Notes: generated by a model not told the origin, from the letters alone. DNA of 64,000 nt from Eledone cirrhosa (GCA_964016885.1 OZ024744.1:59396001-59460000), one strand, 5' to 3'; shown: positions 11,737 to 29,431, counted from the stretch's first letter. Program-made: numbers and translations.

Positions 11737-14637
11737 TTCAAAGGATAATGAAAATATTTATAAATATACTATGGAATAAGAAATATAAAGTAAAGTAAAG
11801 AAAGAAGGTTACGTGAATGTAATGTTCCATATATTGGTATTTCACGACGGTGTTTTGGATCTATTTAATTTCTGTTATAGACAAGCATTATTCATCTGTT
11901 GAGGCTATATTAAGCAATGTCTGCCAATGCATAACAATATGGCCGCCTGAGGATATTTACCTTACTAATTAGAGACAGGTTTCAAGGGAATTAACTCCTT
12001 GAGAATTTAACAATTTAGGTGATTTATAGCTAAGAAATGCTAATGAGCTTAAGTGAGAGATAGTGTAGGGGAGGTAACTTATAATTATCCAAGTCATTGT
12101 TAAATATTTAACATGTTAGCTATATGTAAAGTTGAGATTATATGATTATGTTGGGTCAAATGTTCTATTGGCGAAGGAATTTGCCCTTCGATGTTGACAG
12201 CTAATAGTTATCTCGTTTATATCGTTTATAGGTTTGGTCGTGATAGAGTTATGTAATAGGCCTCGGTAAGAGAGAGATCACAAGAGTTTCTTCGTCCATT
12301 GAACGCTGGGGATCTAGCCAAGATATCCCATGTTAGTGAGTGTTCAGTGTTGGTTAATTTAAGGTTTTTAATGAGCCTAGCTAGAGATGTTGAACATCTA
12401 TTGCTAGGGTCACGGAAGGAAAAAGAGTGCGCATTATAGCGTACCTTAAAAGGGTTAGAGGTAGAGCCAATATAGGAGCTAGTGTGTGATGCTGTTTTAA
12501 CAGTGCACCTATATACTATATTGGGTGTAAGGCATTGACCGTTTAGTGGGCATGCGTTAGGGTAGCGGCAATTGCAATTACTGCTGCGGTTAGTAAGGGT
12601 AGGGTTGTTTAAACTATGCGGCTGGTGTGTGCTAGAAGGATTAGGTGGGGGAGGTATGCTTCTAGAGTAAGTGTTTGTGTAGAGGCGTGGTGTATTTGAG
12701 GGGGGGGGTAGTGGTATCGCGGTGTGGGAGTTATACTGTCTTAGTTTATGATGGTTACTGAATGCGATGTGGCTAGCTAGGTTAGGTGTTGTGGAGAATG
12801 AGATTTTAATGTTGTTTTTAGAGTTTGTAGTATCTATTATTCGGGGGGAAATGTTTAGATAGGATAGAGAAGAAGCGTTTAGGGATATTAGTGGCTAAAT
12901 TATATGAGAAAGGGGGGTTAAGCCAGGTGATATTTCTAGGCCTATTTCTTCTAGGGGTACTAGTGGAGTTGGCAAGGGCTTTCATAGGGTTATTATTACT
13001 TGGGCGTTTATTATTTGTCATCCCATTGCTCGTTCCTATTCTAGGGTTGATTCTGAATCTGCTACTAGGAGTGGGAAGTAAGCCTCTACCACCATTACCG
13101 TTCCCTGTTTAGGTGCTGTTACTGCTAAAATACCGGCGTATCTGGCTACATGCTATTGTATTTCTAGTTCTAACGTTAAACTTATTATGGTTGTGGTGAA
13201 GTTCTGTGTTATGGCATTTAGGTATGTACTAAATGGACTGTTCATAACCAGATTCAGAAAGGGCCTTATTATAATATGGCGCATGGTTCATAAATATGTC
13301 CTCATTAGCGGATAGCATGGAGATTCTATACGAGATAGATTTAATGACTGCTCTAATGACTGCCGGTAGGTGGTTAGAGTGCGGGCTAATATATGTAAGT
13401 ATTTCACCTGGTTTATGATAAGGGTAATATAAGTTATTAAGATCTAGGGTAACGTCCAGGAAGTTTACTACTTTATGGTTCGGTTCGATGGTGATAGAGA
13501 GACCGTTATTTAAAAAAAATTTATGTAATTGTTTTTTGAACAAGTCGATGCCTCGATTAGTGCAAATGTGGACTGCAAATAGGGCGTCGTCCCTATATAT
13601 TCCGTCTTGCAGGGGTTGGATTTCAGCTTTGATGTTATGTAATATGTAGATTTCAACTAAATCGGTGATTTGCGCAGAGCCGCTTGAGCCCATAGTGATG
13701 TCAAAGTTGTCTGTCCTGTCCTTTCTGGTCCAGAATGAGCCATTGAATTCAATGATGGTCTGCCCAGCCATAAGTATGATGTTAATCTCGTTGTTAGTTA
13801 TGTCAGAGTTGGTGCTGGCTAGGGTTAATGCTTTGTTAAGCAGTGCCAGAGTTATTGAAGCGTAGTAGCTGTCAATGTCAAATTGGAGGAACCTCATCCA
13901 TTCCTTGAACCTTAGATCTGAGAACTATCTGATGACTTGGCCCATGTTGGACCACAGCTTGTAGGCAATACCATCTCGCAGCCGAGGGATGATCCTATCG
14001 AGAATGTTCTTGCTGATACGACCCAAGTCAGATGAGGTTGGGCTTATAAGCCTGATAGATGGGTTCTCAATAAAGTTTGGCTTGTGATTCTTGAGAGAGA
14101 ACCTAGGGGTTGTAGGTACATAAGGGTGGGTGAATCTATCCAGATGCAAGTCCTTAACCAGAGACTGGGCTTTTCGGTTAAGTAAGTTTACACTCGAGGG
14201 TGTAGTTTTTTTAATAGTTTTTATTAAGCTCCTTAAGAAGGAAAGAACTGTAAGTTTCAGGAGGCATGGTGTATAGATTTTTGGTTTTGTCAGACATAAC
14301 ATGTAAGAGGTGGCTATCCTTAAATTTTGTTATAGTTGTAGCTAATTTAGTAAGGATATTATTCTTATGTCTATAATGGTTGTTGAATTTAATGCTCCTG
14401 ACGAGGTTAAATAGATCTTTCTCAAAGGGGTCCAGCAGTATATATATATATATTGTTATACTTGGAGAGGGTCATATTTGTGTAATAATATTGCCAGAAT
14501 TAATGGCAATAATATATATGTGTATGTGTGTGTGATGGCTGCCCCATCATTATCGAGTATGTCCATTGCACGAAAAAAAAGCATAATGACAACAACAACA
14601 ACAACAACAACAATAATAATAATAATAATAATAATAA

Positions 14638-14822
14638 TTGTTTCTACTTTTGGCACAAGGCCACAATTACCCAGTGCATTACTGGTACTTTATTTTATAG
14701 ACCCGTAAGGATGAAAGGCAAAGTTAACCTCGGCGGGATTTGAACTCAGAATGGCAAGGGCCGTAACTCTACGCGCCAAAGCATGTCGTCTGACCCTCTA
14801 CCGATACTGCCAATCCACCGCC

Positions 14823-14824
<2 letters not shown>
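14638..14824 (-). mobile_element. tRNA-derived SINE with (ATT)n tail
   Basis: Minus strand: A box tggcagtatcgg, B box gagttcaaatcc, body ttaactttgcctttcatcc..gtaccagtaatg..ggccttgtgcc. Confidence 0.85.
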
Positions 14825-14855
<31 letters not shown>

Positions 14856-14857
<2 letters not shown>

Positions 14858-15008
14858 TGTTTCTATTTTAGGCACAAGGCCAGCAATTACCTAGTACATT
14901 ACTGGTACCTTATTTTATCGATCCCGTAAGGATGAAAGGCAAAGTTAACCTCGGCGAGATTTGAACTCAGATCATAAAGGGACGTAACTCTATGCCAATC
15001 CACCGCCC
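14856..15008 (-). mobile_element. Second SINE copy of the same family, internally deleted
   Basis: Same body and B box as 14638-14824; further fragments at 8371-8468 and 63935-64000. Confidence 0.8.
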
Positions 15009-15010
15009 TT

Positions 15011-15049
<39 letters not shown>

Positions 15050-15114
15050 TATATATATATATACACACACACATACATATCTATACACACACACACATAC
15101 ACACACACACACTC

Positions 15115-16230
15115 AAACAAACACGATAACAATTAACAGTGTTGCGATCGAATGTGGCTTTTTAGCCCAGCCAATGATCTAAAATGTCTTGCACAGAGTC
15201 GGCAACCAAAACATTCACTGGGAATAGTCGGCTGTGGTTGGAGTTCATGTACTTTTGCATGTCGTTTGAGCCCTCCTGCTGATTTACATTCTCTACCACA
15301 TGCTTGGCAAGCATGATGAGTAGCATCTCCAACAGCAGCCTGGTAGTCAACCACTGGTCTTACTTTATGACTGCGAAGATGACTTTCGAGTCCAGCTTTG
15401 CTTAGGCAGAGTCTCGCATAGATGCTGCATGTCAGCGCCATAGGAGGACCCTCGCCGTCTGGAAGTGCAACAGAAATGCCCTTCCTCACATCCCGATTTA
15501 CTTTCTCGTATGCGATTCGAGATGCCTCAAAGGCAACTTTTCCCTCATATACAGTCTTTCTCCATTTATTACGATCAGCAGCAATATTTTCCCATGTATC
15601 AGCAGAGATGTTAGGGTCTTTCAGAGAGGCTTTCAAGGAATCCTTATACCTCTTTTTTGGTTTATGTGGCCGTCGTTTTCCTTTAACTAACTCTCCATAA
15701 AAGAGTCTTATTGGTATTCTAGAATCCTTCATCCTGGCAATGAGTCGTTGCTTAAGCACAAGAGCCTCTATACTGTCACACATAGAGCTTTCCAAAATCT
15801 CGACATCACTGATGTGGTCCCTCCAGTGAACGCCATGGATCCGTCTGAGACACATCTGATGGAAACGCTCCAATTGTTTAAGGTGGTGTCGATATGTGAC
15901 CCAGGTCACCTTGTACACCTTTACCTTTGTCTTCTTGCATATGTCTCGCCGACTCCAGAGGCGGCTTTCTAGCTTTCTGAAAGCATCATTTGCTTTCCTA
16001 TTCCTGAGTGGAATTTCACTATCAAGGTTGCTGTAACAATTGACAGTGCTTCCCAGTGATCAACCACTCCAAATCGTTTACCATACACATAGATATTTGG
16101 CTCACTGTACTGCTTACAAGGGGCAGGTTGGTACATGACGGCGGTTTTCTTGAGACTGACAGTCAATCCTAAGGCAGTGCAAGCATCAGAAAATGCATTC
16201 AAAATGTGCTGCATATCACTCTCTGGTCAT
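15115..16230 (-). mobile_element. RTE (BovB-like) LINE 3' part with C-terminal C2H2 zinc fingers
   Basis: GLTVSLKKT, LERFHQMCLRRI, RLFYGEL..GKR, then C..C-(12)-H..H fingers (CQACGREC..GLKRHAKVH; CRLCARHF..GLKSHIRSQH). Confidence 0.9.
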
Positions 16231-16299
16231 GTCTAACTTAATAGCACCACCTGGCGAAGTCTTTCAAATCAGGATTTGGACACCATGGCCCACTCAAGT

Positions 16300-20900
<4,601 letters not shown>

Positions 20901-20959
20901 CTTAAAAACATGCCTGTATAGTTCATATATATATATGTATGTATCTATATTTATGTATA

Positions 20960-22150
20960 TCATCACCATCATCGTTTAACGTCCTTCTTCCACGCTAGCA
21001 TCGGTTAGACGGGTTTGTTCCATTTGATGTGGGAATAGTCGGCAGACCATGCCTCGCGCAGATGGAGTGTCTCTGGCAGATCTTTTACAGCTGGATGACC
21101 TTCCTAACACCATCTACATTTACAGTGTGGACTGGGACCTTTTCACCTTGTCTCCAACACGACCACCTTACAGTATGGACTGTTGTGTCATCGAAACAGT
21201 GGATAGAATGAGAGCGGGAGGATGGAGTAGAGGTGTGGGGTGGGGTGTACATTGGGTTAAGAGATGCCTACTGACTGTAGGTTTGTATGCAATGTCAGTC
21301 GGGTCTTCTGTACAACTGCATGGCGCCAAAGGTCTCGATCCAGTGTCATTGTATTAGCGAGGTGTAGGTGAGCAAGGTCAGTTTTTATCACCTCGACCAG
21401 GTTTTCCTTGGTCTACCCACTCCGTAGCTTCCATCAATTTTCATTGCCCTGCACTTTTTTATACCGTTCACGTACATTATTATTGCACATCCATCGGAGC
21501 ATGCATGCTTCGTTCCTTTCCAGTCAGAGCAGGTCCTATGCACACAATGCCCATGTCTCACGACCATGTAATATCGTTCGTATACAAGCATCATACAATC
21601 TGCCTTTCATTTTTGGGAGAAAAACCCCTTGTGGCCAACAGCAATATTAGTTCTCTGAACTTTTTCTATCCCGTTCTATCTCTGGCTACTGTACTTTCAG
21701 GACACCCTCCTCCACTGCTGATTTTATCACCCAGGTAACAGAAAGTGTCTACTATTTCTATAGAACCATCTGGGCAGTAGAAGGAGCTAGTATCCAGTGG
21801 GCCCTTGCTATTTATTGCACCCGAGCATCGGCCACATATAGAATCTACAATCTTAGCTTACCTTTGATCCCACTATATCTTTCATGTTCCCATAGTTTGC
21901 ATTTGGGGCATAGAAGGCAATTTCTACCTAATCCCTTCTTACACATTGAGCATGGCCATTTCCCAGAGGGCACCTGTGCCCTATTCTCCTTTCTACAAAC
22001 TATAACTTTAGTCTTAGACAGGTTAACTTTAAGGACTTTTGATTCTAGTCCATGCTTCCATGTTTGAAATTTCTTCTCTAGTTCAGCCATAGATTCAACT
22101 ATGAGGGTTAGATCATCTACGTATAGAAGTTCCCATGGACCCGCTACTTC
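20960..22150 (-). mobile_element. RTE-clade LINE 3' portion with (GAT)n tail
   Basis: PWELLYVDDL, KVNLSKTK, GKWPCSMCKKG, GRPRKTW. Confidence 0.9.
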
Positions 22151-22570
22151 TATGCAATGGCACACACGTTACAGCCAGGAGGATGATGAACCATATCCTA
22201 GAGGTCACAATTCTTAGAGGCAATCATCAAGGATAAAATACACTTATTCCCAAGATTCCTTTCATCTCTTCCTCTACCTGTCTACCATTCAAATTCTCAA
22301 GACTTCAGTCCCTTGTTAGAGCCAGTTTTGCTACGACCGTACATAAAGCCCATGATCAGTTATATGTAAGTTGTTCGCGAGTGGAAACACCCAGAAATCT
22401 TCATATACCACGAACAGTAACAAAGAATCTGGAGTATCTAGAAGATTCTTTTACTGTTTATTTTTTTGTAACACACACACACCACGGTCGCCCTCACCTC
22501 ATACTGTAGACCAAACAAACATCCAATACAGTCATTTTCTCTTCTACCTGTCTTCTCTTATCATCTGTTT

Positions 22571-22599
22571 ACCTGGGTGAAGCTGGGTACTTCAGCTAG
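22571..22599 (+). mobile_element. Helitron-type 3' end (hairpin plus CTAG)
   Basis: cctgggtgaagctgggtacttcagCTAG resembles the Helitron end at 62397-62424. Confidence 0.55.
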
Positions 22600-23226
22600 T
22601 GGTTGATAGCTTCCGATACCTAGGTAATCAGTTTAACAAAGGAGGAGGGTGCTCTGAGGCCATAGTATCTACAATAAGGACGGGTTGGAAGAAGTTTAGG
22701 GAGTTGCTTCCTCTGTTGACAAAGAGGGGTTTCTCCCTGCGAACGAATGGTCGGTTATATGATACCTGTGTGAGATGCGCGATGCTGCATGGTAGTGAGA
22801 CATGGGCAGCAACTGCGGAGGATATGTGACGACTGGAGAGAAATGAAGGAAGCATACTCTATTGGATGTGCAATGTCAATGTGCGTGAACGACGAAGCAT
22901 AGATGAGTTGAGAAAGAAACTGGGTAAGAGGGGTAAGTTGTGGTGTGCAGGAGAGAAGACTGAGGTGGTATGGACATGTGATGCGCATGGAGGATGACCG
23001 CTGGGTAAAGAAGTGCCAAGAAATCCCAGTAGAAGGAAGACGCAGTAGAGGAAGACCACGAAAAACACGGGCGGAGGTGGTGAGAGCAGACCTCAGACCG
23101 CTGAAGCTCACCGAGGGGATGACGAAGGACCGTGACGAATGGAAAGATGCTGTGCTGAAAAGGACCCGTCCCACCGTTGTAAGCAGGGAAAAGCGGATGT
23201 AAAATGATGGTGATGATGATGATGAT
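22600..23226 (+). mobile_element. RTE-clade LINE 3' end with (GAT)n tail
   Basis: FRYLG, GWKKFRELLPLL, LHGSETW, RRLRWYGHVMRM, GRPRKT. Confidence 0.9.
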
Positions 23227-23696
23227 ATATATATATGAACCACGCTACGTTAGTGCTATCACTAATTAATTCTTGCACCTTGTGTAAATAAGACATCAAC
23301 AAACATAGTTTATTTACTAAATTGGCAAGATGATTTTGCCTATCATATCTCAGCATCTGGGTATAAAGTAATTGCTGATGAAATGTAATAACAGTAAAAT
23401 ACATCTGATATTGAATTAATTGTGATTAATTGAAGCTAAAATATTTACAGTAAGATTAAATATATATTTATTATACATAAACTTATTGTATATGAGTCCA
23501 TATACTTAGACCGTAATCCTCTATTTGTACCAACAGAAAAATACACACACAGAAAGACGGACTTTCTCAATCTAGCTATGGATCAGGCTAAAAGAATATA
23601 TGATAATACAATCACAACCGTCATCATCTCGAGTCTCTACAGTTTCTCTTAAGTCACTCACAATATGTTTATGAATAATAAACATCCATTTAATCT

Positions 23697-24020
23697 TGCG
23701 CACATGGTTTAGTGGTTAGGGTATTTGGCTCACGATCATAAGGTCGTTGAGTTTGATTCTCTGTGATGATTTGTGTCCTTGGGCAAGACACTTTATTTTA
23801 TGTTGGTCCAGTCCACTCAGCTGACAAATACGAGATCTACTCGTACTTCAAAGAACCAGCTTTGTCACACCATCTGTCATGCTCGATCTCCCTGAGAACT
23901 ACTTTAAGTCTACATATATCAGTGGAATGCACAGCTGCATGCACGTTTATTTCCCGAACAGACTGAACAGTTGATCGAGCCAACTAGAACACTCATCGTC
24001 GAAGTTGTCGGAGTACCATC
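23697..24020 (+). mobile_element. tRNA-derived SINE with CORE-like segment
   Basis: A box tggtttagtggtt, degenerate B box gagtttgattc, and gtgtccttgggcaagacactt. Confidence 0.7.
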
Positions 24021-24672
24021 AATAACATTTAAACTGTGATTATTATCAGAGTTACCTTGAGAATTTCCCTTCTATTACCTCCATCTCTGCAGGGTCGATG
24101 TTGTTCAACTTAGCACCAGGAAAGCTTTTTCTACAATGTCTGTCACGAGAACCATTTACCTAAACATCCCACCCCTAACCCACCTCATTTCACCATGTAC
24201 TGAAGGAGCTAACTCTTTCCGATTTCACTAGCATCAGTTATTATACAGCAAATTTTTTTAGCGATTTATTTATTAATCGAATATTTACTTAATTACGCAA
24301 ATTTGTATAAAATTGTGATCCTTCAAGGTACAGTAATGTGTTCCTCTAAGGCCTTTGCTTTAAAAGGGTTCCAAGCTGGCCTTATGGTAGTGCTGGCCAT
24401 GCCTTCCTTAACTCACCACACACAGTGCATACACACACCATCCATAGTGAACCGAAACCATGCCAGACTTGCAATTTTCTTAAAAGTCTCAACCTAGTCT
24501 CTTTGAACAGTTACTCAATTTTGATCTTAGTATTTCATGTGCATTGAAAAATCAAATTTCGTTCACTATCGTCTTAGCGGTAATGAGGAAGAAATAAATT
24601 AACCAAAATGTATTTTTAATATTGATCTGTTTACTATTTGTGACGGTCACACACACGCGCGCGCGGCACACA

Positions 24673-24808
24673 ATTAATAAGGCCAGTTTCTACAACGGTT
24701 TCTACATGCGCTTCGTTGAACCGGAGGGCCAACTTGTTAATAGCCCTCCGGTTCAACGAAACATACGGTCTTGGTAAGGCGCCTTTGTAGAAAACGGCTT
24801 GACTAATT
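24673..24808. repeat. Imperfect hairpin / MITE-like inverted repeat
   Basis: ttcgttgaaccggagggc / gccctccggttcaacgaa perfect core; outer tttctacaa / ttgtagaaa. Confidence 0.75.
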
Positions 24809-24849
24809 ATATTAAAACTCGCTCTACGGACTTGTCTGGATAGATCATC

Positions 24850-25240
24850 GTGCCCCCCTCAACAACAGATGCCGCGAACGAAACGTGGTCTACCAGTGCA
24901 ACTTGAGAACGGAATACTCCATTAACCGCCTGCGAGTTTAAGACCCGGTATTACCAACACAACATTCATTTAGAAACCCGACTCGGTGACACGCGACAGC
25001 ACTTTCTGGCCATATTTGGGACCTCCAAGACAACAATATTACCTATTATCTAAGTTGGAGCATACTTTCCAAAGCAAAATCTTACTCGGGAGGACGCGGT
25101 CCGTGCAGTTTATGTTCGGAGGAAACGATCCAGATACTGTTTGCAAAGCACCTATTGTTAAGCAAAAAGGATGAACTCGTTACTTCGTGTAAACACAAAA
25201 TATATAGGACATATCTTACCTTCAAACCTCCTCACGACCC
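24850..25240 (+). pseudogene. Decayed Naiad-type PLE GIY-YIG endonuclease fragment
   Basis: PLNNRCRERNVVYQC at about 24855-24900 and ELVTSCKHK at about 25173-25199; frameshifted. Confidence 0.65.
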
Positions 25241-26016
25241 AAATGGGTAGATCTCGGCTTTATTTCCTTCCCAATTACAAATTAAGATAAAGGAAACGTC
25301 AAGCATACTCAGGTAGAAATAGAATTTTTTCTTTGTTATTTACACTTTCTAAATACATTTAAGTGGATCTTTGCATACTTACACTATTATAAACAGTTCC
25401 TAATCTTCCTTAGGTAAGTCCGAAATATTTTCTCTTGCAAAAATTTAAATATACATATAGTCCTATGTAACCGGCTGAACAGATAGCTATGACACCTTAC
25501 GAGACTAAAAAGGTGGATTTTTGGGGTGTCTGAATATAAAAGAAAAAACAAGTAAATTAGTGTATGAGGTGCCCTTCCTGTGCCTCAGAGTAATTGATAA
25601 CTAGATTTCTTTATCAGGGACTGAATTAGTATTAAAATATAAATGCTTTGCTTCTTAACCAAATGTTAGATAGGCAAACGTAACTTAAACACTCTATACT
25701 AGCTACTTGAGATTCTTATACGCAGTAATTATATTCTTTCTCTCGTTTTTTTTTCTTATCCCTTTGAATTGAAGTTTACCGTTTTTATAGATTAAGATAG
25801 TTGTATAGGATTAAATCTCTCTTAATGCCGTGCGAGCACGACTGACTGGTTTGGCATCCTCAGGTCAGTCTGCCTTCCTCCTTGTAACTATGTACACAAC
25901 ATCCCAGATCATTGACCACTCCCCGTGACAGACAAGAAAAACAACAAACGTTTAGGATTTTTTGCTTAGATTTTTTTGCTCATTTTGCTCTGACTGCATG
26001 CCCATATATGGACTGT

Positions 26017-26112
26017 GCCCCTTGATAAGTTCAGCTAGATTCCCGCCGTTCTAATACTGGTGGCTTATTTCGGATCTAGTTGTCAAAACGGTCGGAGCTC
26101 AGCTGTCGTGGT
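26017..26112 (+). ncRNA. Decayed hammerhead with U3:A8 core
   Basis: gcccc TTGATAA ..cagctagat..atctagttg tc AAAA cgg..ctg TC gtggt; G12 lost; related to 47502-47595. Confidence 0.55.
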
Positions 26113-26130
26113 CCTGACTCTTTTCATATA

Positions 26131-26334
26131 TATAGGAACGAGTAAGACCCCGACGGCTGAGCTCAAGCCGTTTCGACGGCTAATTCTGGACTATTTAGTC
26201 CAGAATTAGCCGTCGAAACGGCTTGAGCTCAGCCGTCGGGCTCTTACTCGTTCCTATTACCCACTCTACTACCCTAAGTATTGAGTACTTTGGTGCGTTA
26301 TGGTCCACCTGGTTCCTTACCACATTTCCTTCGT

Positions 26335-26336
<2 letters not shown>
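26131..26336 (+). mobile_element. Short fold-back copy of the 46610-47609 family in (TA)n
   Basis: About 60-bp arms turning at about 26193 inside hammerhead stem II; 3' tail identical in kind to 46610-46690. Confidence 0.85.
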
Positions 26337-26369
<33 letters not shown>

Positions 26370-26399
26370 AAAAATTTGTTAATTTTTAAATTTATATTT

Positions 26400-26880
26400 T
26401 AAGATCGAGTAGCGTCTCAAGGAGGCCTTCACTGAAGGATCGTATGCTGCTTTCGCTAAACCAGGAAAAGTGAGGTGGATAAGAGAGCAGGTGGACGTGT
26501 TCGCGGTGGAAATCTGGAGGCTGGTTACACTAGCCGAATTCACAGAAGAAAACTTAGAAATGGCTCTGAGATGGCGTTCGTGAGTGGTTTCCCCGACGAA
26601 ATTTTGGTGACACTCCAACAGCTCCAGGGAAAAAACAAGATGTCCACGAAATAGCTGATTACACAGGCCCGCACGGTGACACGAGGCGTTTTAGCAGAAT
26701 GTTGCGGCATAAACAGCGACAGAAGCCTATAATTGTCGACATCAATCGATAAAGGACGAGGGGAGAAGAGCCCCCATGAAGGTTCAGCCGCGGGCATTCA
26801 AAGGTCAGTGCTTTAGTTGTTAGGGCCCGTACATGGCAAGGGATTGCAAGGAGTCGAAGCCTGAAATAATTTGCTACCGA
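26400..26880 (+). pseudogene. Decayed LTR-retrotransposon gag fragment
   Basis: EQVDVFAVEIWRL, FVSGFPDEI..LQQ, then zinc-knuckle remnant FKGQCFSC*GPYMARDCKE..IICYR. Confidence 0.55.
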
Positions 26881-27589
26881 CCTCATATCGGAAGTGCAGG
26901 CCAGGTCTCTCTCTTGGCCCATGTGCCGCAGCAGAGTGTGGACGTTTTGTGATGAATGGTGCGTAAGTTTGGCTGTCTTTGTCCAGACGCGAAACAGGTG
27001 AGCATCACGCTAGGAGATTCAGTTTAATATAAGAGGTAATAGTATCAACTCATGGTAAATAGTTCGAATTAAGTAATTATGTTACGAAAAAGCATATTCA
27101 TATTTGAAAAATGAGACGAATAATTAAATAAAGAAAACTCGCATATTCAATCACACGTCAAAACATGGGACATTGGAGTTTCCCTTTAATAATGTTTTTA
27201 TGGCAAACCAACACACTCGCAACACTGCTGCGGGTGATAGCGGGTCTGAGACATTGGAGTAACTAGGCACCCTCGTGAGCATCACCTGATACATCAGTAT
27301 GGAGAGCCGCTAACAATGAAAAGAACCCCTTTGTCAGTGGTCCAGCTTTCCTAAAACATATGTAGTTATATTTTTTCACCGTTGAAAAAGTTTTTAGCGG
27401 ACACTCTTCAAAATGCCGAAAATTGAGAACAAGGCAGTCGTTGAAGGAAACTGCAATTCCAACTGAAATTAAACGCTGTTTAGACGAACCGTGTTAACAC
27501 AATTTCTTTTCGCCTTATACAAAACAATGCAAACCATTTCTAGTTTGCATTGTTTTGTTTAGGATGAACATGTGGGACGTCCAATTACT

Positions 27590-27875
27590 GCTGTGCCTGC
27601 AGCATGATTAAGAAGTTCATATCGCAATCATAAGATACCAGGTTCGATCCCACTGCGTGATTTCCTAGGCAAATTTCATTTATCATAGCCTTGCAGCGAC
27701 CCATGCCTTATGAGTGAAATTGTGTAGACGGAAACTATTTGTAAGCCCGTCGAATGAACTCTTCCTGTAATTCAAAAAGCTGGCCTTGTCACATACCGTC
27801 TCGCATTAACGGTAAACGTATTCGCGGAATGCTCAGTCCCTTACACGTTAATTTCTCGAGCAGGTTCTTCCGTTG
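27590..27875 (+). mobile_element. Degenerate tRNA-derived SINE
   Basis: B box ggttcgatccc at about 27641; 3' part (gccttgtcaca..cacgttaatttc) resembles 23860-23960. Confidence 0.55.
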
Positions 27876-27971
27876 GTCGTACAACTACAACATTGGTCGC
27901 ACAACTACAACATTGGTCGCACAACTACAACATTGGTCGCACAACTACAACATTGGTCGCACAACTACAAC
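27873..27971. repeat. 20-bp tandem repeat (ttggtcgcacaactacaaca) x about 5
   Basis: Direct reading; no spacers. Confidence 0.95.
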
Positions 27972-28539
27972 GTACATAGTCGAAAGCGACGGAGGTCTAT
28001 TCTATTCCAACAATTGCAACAACTCCTCAGAAATAACTCCAGTGGAAGAATTGAATGATGACCGCCATCGAAAGAAATTATTGCGAGGGTTTCTGTGTCT
28101 GCCTTAAATTGTATGAATAAGGTGAGCATATTTTAAAATTCAGGCTGACAACTTCCCTCGCGTGCGCGCACACACAGATATATATATATAGTAGTGAATT
28201 TAAATCGATTTATTGACTTAGAAGCCAACGTGAATTGTCGATTTTGCTACCTATGCAAGTGCTCTACACCAGCCACAACCATGCATGGAAATTAGCCTTG
28301 GAGCATATCATATCTAGTCGTTCATAGGACAGCAGTACTCATCTAGAACGAATAGGTGGATAACGATCAGAGAAAACATAAGAATTCCAACAGTTTAACA
28401 AAGAAAGAGTTGAGATACTTACAGATTCTTCTTCACCCGGACCAGAATATGTTGGTTTCGACCCCAGAAAATATTTGCCAACCACAATTATATTGATATT
28501 ATATAAACTAGCAGAAAAAAACCACCTTTCGGGTGGTTC

Positions 28540-28885
28540 TCTGCTAGCATGTGTAGTGTGTATATTGATATAATAAGCAAATATATATGCATGTAGATAT
28601 GATACATCAAATAAAATCGTAATTGACTATATACACAGAAATGGAACGAAGACTGTGTTACACTGTCTTCCGTAATCAGTAACGTAATCCATGATACATT
28701 AAAAAAATACATTATATATCTGCTAGCATGTGTAGTGTGTATATTGATATTATATGCATGTAGATATGATCAAATAAAACCGTAGTGACAACATACACAG
28801 AAATTGAACGAAGACCGTGTTACACTGTCTTCTGTAATCAGTAACATAATCCATGATACATTAAAAAAAGACGATATTATATATA
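28540..28885. repeat. About 175-bp imperfect direct duplication, preceded by a CTAG-bounded palindrome (28508-28547)
   Basis: ctgctagcatgtgtagtgtgtatattgatat at about 28541 and 28720. Confidence 0.8.
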
Positions 28886-29164
28886 AACTGCATTAGGAGA
28901 AAATTAGTGACAGAAATATATGAATATTTATTTAAAATATCGCTAACCGGAACTGTTGATATTTGAAAATGTTAAAGAAATGAATAAGTAATAAAATATA
29001 TTTCATTAATAAAATATATTTAATGAACAGCCACGAAATTTAGTAGGTAAATCATGTAATATTCATTAATTATTTATTCAAAGTAATCCAACTTATTTTA
29101 CTAAGGGGATAAAAAATTATAAACAGTACGCAGTCCCGCGCTTCTTTATTATAGTTTAGATTGT

Positions 29165-29233
<69 letters not shown>

Positions 29234-29295
29234 GAAGTAATTCCGTCGGAAAAGTCCAGGAAAAACGATTTTTAATAAACAGACCAACATTTTTT

Positions 29296-29349
29296 CATTC
29301 TGAGGATTGAAAGCAAAATCTTTTGCTTTTAAGAAACCACTGGTAAATG
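29296..29349 (+). ncRNA. Type I hammerhead (family B)
   Basis: catt CTGAGGA ttgaaagcaaaa-tc-ttttgcttttaa GAAA ccactgg TA aatg. Confidence 0.85.
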
Positions 29350-29431
29350 GAATAATTGCCTTATGTTGTTTATTACATAACTATATATATATATATATAG
29401 TTATGTAATAAACAACATAAGGCAATTATTT

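Larger units (their letters stand above)
9577..14438 (-). mobile_element. Penelope-like retroelement (Naiad-type RT plus GIY-YIG), decayed, with its 3' pseudo-LTR interrupted by an R4/Dong element
   Basis: NPSIRLISP, QFDIDSYYASI, FDITMGS, GIYRDD, VNFLDVTLDL, WLNPPFS; 12590-12230 reads CNCRYPNACPLNGQCLTPNIVYRC..SYIGST; (TA)n at both ends. Confidence 0.92.

Noticed and set aside
12230-12600. Selenocysteine (in-frame UGA) in the Naiad-type GIY-YIG domain
   Set aside because: The cysteine positions I translated here, and at 51050-51234 and 55610-55645, are TGC/TGT; no in-frame UGA seen
24050-24500. Possible host-gene exons on the minus strand
   Set aside because: Splice-like signals are present but there is no recognisable protein and the frames are short
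27873-27971. CRISPR-like repeat
   Set aside because: Head-to-tail 20-mers with no spacers, eukaryotic context, no cas genes
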